Source: Gemmatimonadales bacterium (lineage in GTDB: Bacteria; Gemmatimonadota; Gemmatimonadetes; Gemmatimonadales; GWC2-71-9). Taken from it: a stretch of 64,000 bases of DNA. Positions 62,625 through 64,000 of the stretch are shown here, piece by piece. The position numbers were made by a program, and so were the translations under genes. The notes beneath the pieces are model-generated. The model was not told the DNA's origin. It saw only the letters and a program-made list of their open reading frames with translations, and ran no database searches. Numbering within the stretch: position 1 is the stretch's first letter; each line of letters starts with the position of its first letter. The stretch is from positions 10,097 through 74,096 of the forward strand of contig DASQIZ010000097.1 in the NCBI GenBank assembly GCA_035631315.1. The letters run 5' to 3'.

Positions 62625-64000
62625 CTGACCCCCCGTCAGCGCGCAGTCCTGGCGCTGGTGGTGGAGACCCTGGTTCCGGACGGGTCCGATCACGGGCTCG
62701 CCGAGCGGGTCGCGGCGGTCGTCCAGGGTCTTCCCGCGGCCGACAGGGCCCAACTGGGACTCCTGCTGGGTCTCTTCGATTCGCGGCTCGTCAATCTCCT
62801 CTTCACGGGCCGCCCTCAAAAATTCACGAGTCTCGATCGCGGCGCCCGGGAACGGTACCTCCGCTCCTGGGCGCTGTCGCGCCTGAACCTCCGGCGCAGC
62901 GGGTTTCAGGCCCTCAAGCGGATTACAACCGTCACGCGCTACACCGCCACCGACGAGCGCGGCGGCAATCCCACCTGGGCGGCGATCGGGTACCCTGGTC
63001 CCGCCTCCCCTCCGCCCAAGACCCCGAAGACCATCACGCCCCTGACCGTGAGCGGTGATACTTCGCTCGACTGCGACGTCGTCGTAGTCGGTTCGGGGGC
63101 CGGTGGAGGCGTGGTGGCGGGCCAGCTTGCGCGGGCGGGCAAACACGTGGTGGTCCTGGAAAAGGGCGCCTACCTCAATGAGGCGGACTTCACGCAGCGG
63201 GAAGGCGAAATGCTGGCGCAGTTGTACGACGCCGGCGGCCTGCTCGCCACGAAAGACCTCGGGGTGATCATTCTCCAGGGAAGCTGCCTCGGCGGCGGCA
63301 CCGTCGTGAACTACACCACGAGCTTCCACACTCCCGATTCGGTCCGTGAGTCATGGGCGCGCGAACACCACCTGCCCCACTTCACCACACCCGAATTCAC
63401 CGGTCATCTCGACGCGGTGGCCCGGCGGATTCACGTGAACACCGATCACGCCAAACCCTCGGGACGCGACCGGCTGTTGATCCAGGGGCTCGAACGGCGC
63501 GGCTGGCACCATGGCCTGTTGCCGAGGGATGTGAATGGGTGCCCACAGGATGATGCCTGCGGGTACTGTGGCTACGGATGCCAGCGGGGCGCCAAGCGCT
63601 CGACGCTCGTCACGTATCTCCAGGATGCCACCGACCACGGGGCCACCATCGTGGTCGAAGCTGACGTGCGGCGCGTCATACGAGAGGGCGGGCGAGCGAC
63701 GGGCGTGGAGGCCACCGTTCGCGCGCCCGGCGCCTCGAGACCATTCTCCCTCCACGTCCGCGCGAACGCCGTGGTGGTCGCGGGCGGCTCCATCCACTCC
63801 CCCGCCCTCCTGCTCCGATCGGGAATCCGGCACGCGGAGTTGGGCCGGAACCTCGCGCTGCATCCGGCGACCGCCATCCTCGGCCTGATGGATGAGCCCG
63901 TGAGGCCCTGGACCGGCGCTCTTCAGGCGCATTTCAGCGACCAGTTCGCGGATCTCGATCGGGGCTACGGGTTCAAGTTCGAGACGGCACCCGTGCATCC
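62625..64000 (+). CDS. GMC-family FAD oxidoreductase (long-chain alcohol/cholesterol oxidase-like), 3' end cut by window edge
   Basis: Absent from the ORF track. My own translation gives DCDVVVVGSGAGGGVVAGQLARAGKHVVVLEKG (Rossmann GxGxxG), GSCLGGGTVVNY, ACGYCGYGCQRGAK. The frame is open from 62604 to the window end. Start unclear: CTG 62625 sits 6 nt after AGGAGG, or GTG 62658. Confidence 0.75.
   Translation, partial: MTPRQRAVLALVVETLVPDGSDHGLAERVAAVVQGLPAADRAQLGLLLGLFDSRLVNLLFTGRPQKFTSLDRGARERYLRSWALSRLNLRRSGFQALKRITTVTRYTATDERGGNPTWAAIGYPGPASPPPKTPKTITPLTVSGDTSLDCDVVVVGSGAGGGVVAGQLARAGKHVVVLEKGAYLNEADFTQREGEMLAQLYDAGGLLATKDLGVIILQGSCLGGGTVVNYTTSFHTPDSVRESWAREHHLPHFTTPEFTGHLDAVARRIHVNTDHAKPSGRDRLLIQGLERRGWHHGLLPRDVNGCPQDDACGYCGYGCQRGAKRSTLVTYLQDATDHGATIVVEADVRRVIREGGRATGVEATVRAPGASRPFSLHVRANAVVVAGGSIHSPALLLRSGIRHAELGRNLALHPATAILGLMDEPVRPWTGALQAHFSDQFADLDRGYGFKFETAPVH

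Noticed and set aside
63351-63998. 215-aa minus-strand ORF at the right edge
   Set aside because: It is antisense to the GMC oxidoreductase frame, which carries the GxGxxG FAD motif.
1-64000. Mobile elements, prophage, defence systems, rRNA/tRNA genes
   Set aside because: I saw no integrase, transposase, terminal inverted repeats with target duplications, phage structural genes or known defence-system signature proteins. No intergenic gap reads as a tRNA cloverleaf. The AT-rich islands at 29.1 and 35.7 kb look regulatory rather than like insertion scars.

Overview
GC-rich bacterial chromosomal segment (G+C judged by eye, not computed). The gene content resembles Gemmatimonadota/Acidobacteriota-type soil bacteria, which is inference only. 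I call 52 protein-coding genes and found no rRNA, tRNA, CRISPR array, transposase or integrase. Two real genes at the window edges are missing from the supplied ORF track because they have no stop codon inside the window: actB (1..1995, minus) and a GMC oxidoreductase (62625..64000, plus). Many long Arg/Gly/Pro-rich ORFs in the track are antisense shadows and were rejected. Many track starts are over-extended, and I re-set them where a 4-nt stop/start overlap (ATGA or GTGA), a signal peptide or an RBS supports a shorter gene. Ordinary content: the start of an alternative complex III operon; an 11-gene co-directional, largely overlap-coupled catabolic string (18020 down to 3141); a GH38 mannosidase; pgi; a hybrid histidine kinase; a pseudokinase-kinase fusion; two ABC systems; gltA; a DEAD-box helicase; cspA; SURF1; OsmC. 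The best candidate for an undescribed system lies at 29.1-36.2 kb. It is a tightly coupled minus-strand operon encoding three paralogous secreted pilin-like proteins, a PapD-like two-domain periplasmic protein, a 981-aa beta-barrel-type protein with Ig-like/CnaB-like end domains, and a lipoprotein. A fourth, convergent paralog sits alongside, and both ends are bounded by AT-rich regulatory islands. A small terminator-bounded DRR-repeat gene lies upstream. It reads like a chaperone-usher-type fibre system whose usher-sized component is not canonical. The second theme is a set of intergenic hairpins built from inverted arrays of short tandem repeats (15-nt, 9-nt and 7-nt units), most of which begin within 0-3 nt of stop codons. 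All functional calls rest on motifs I read in the translations; no database or HMM search was possible.
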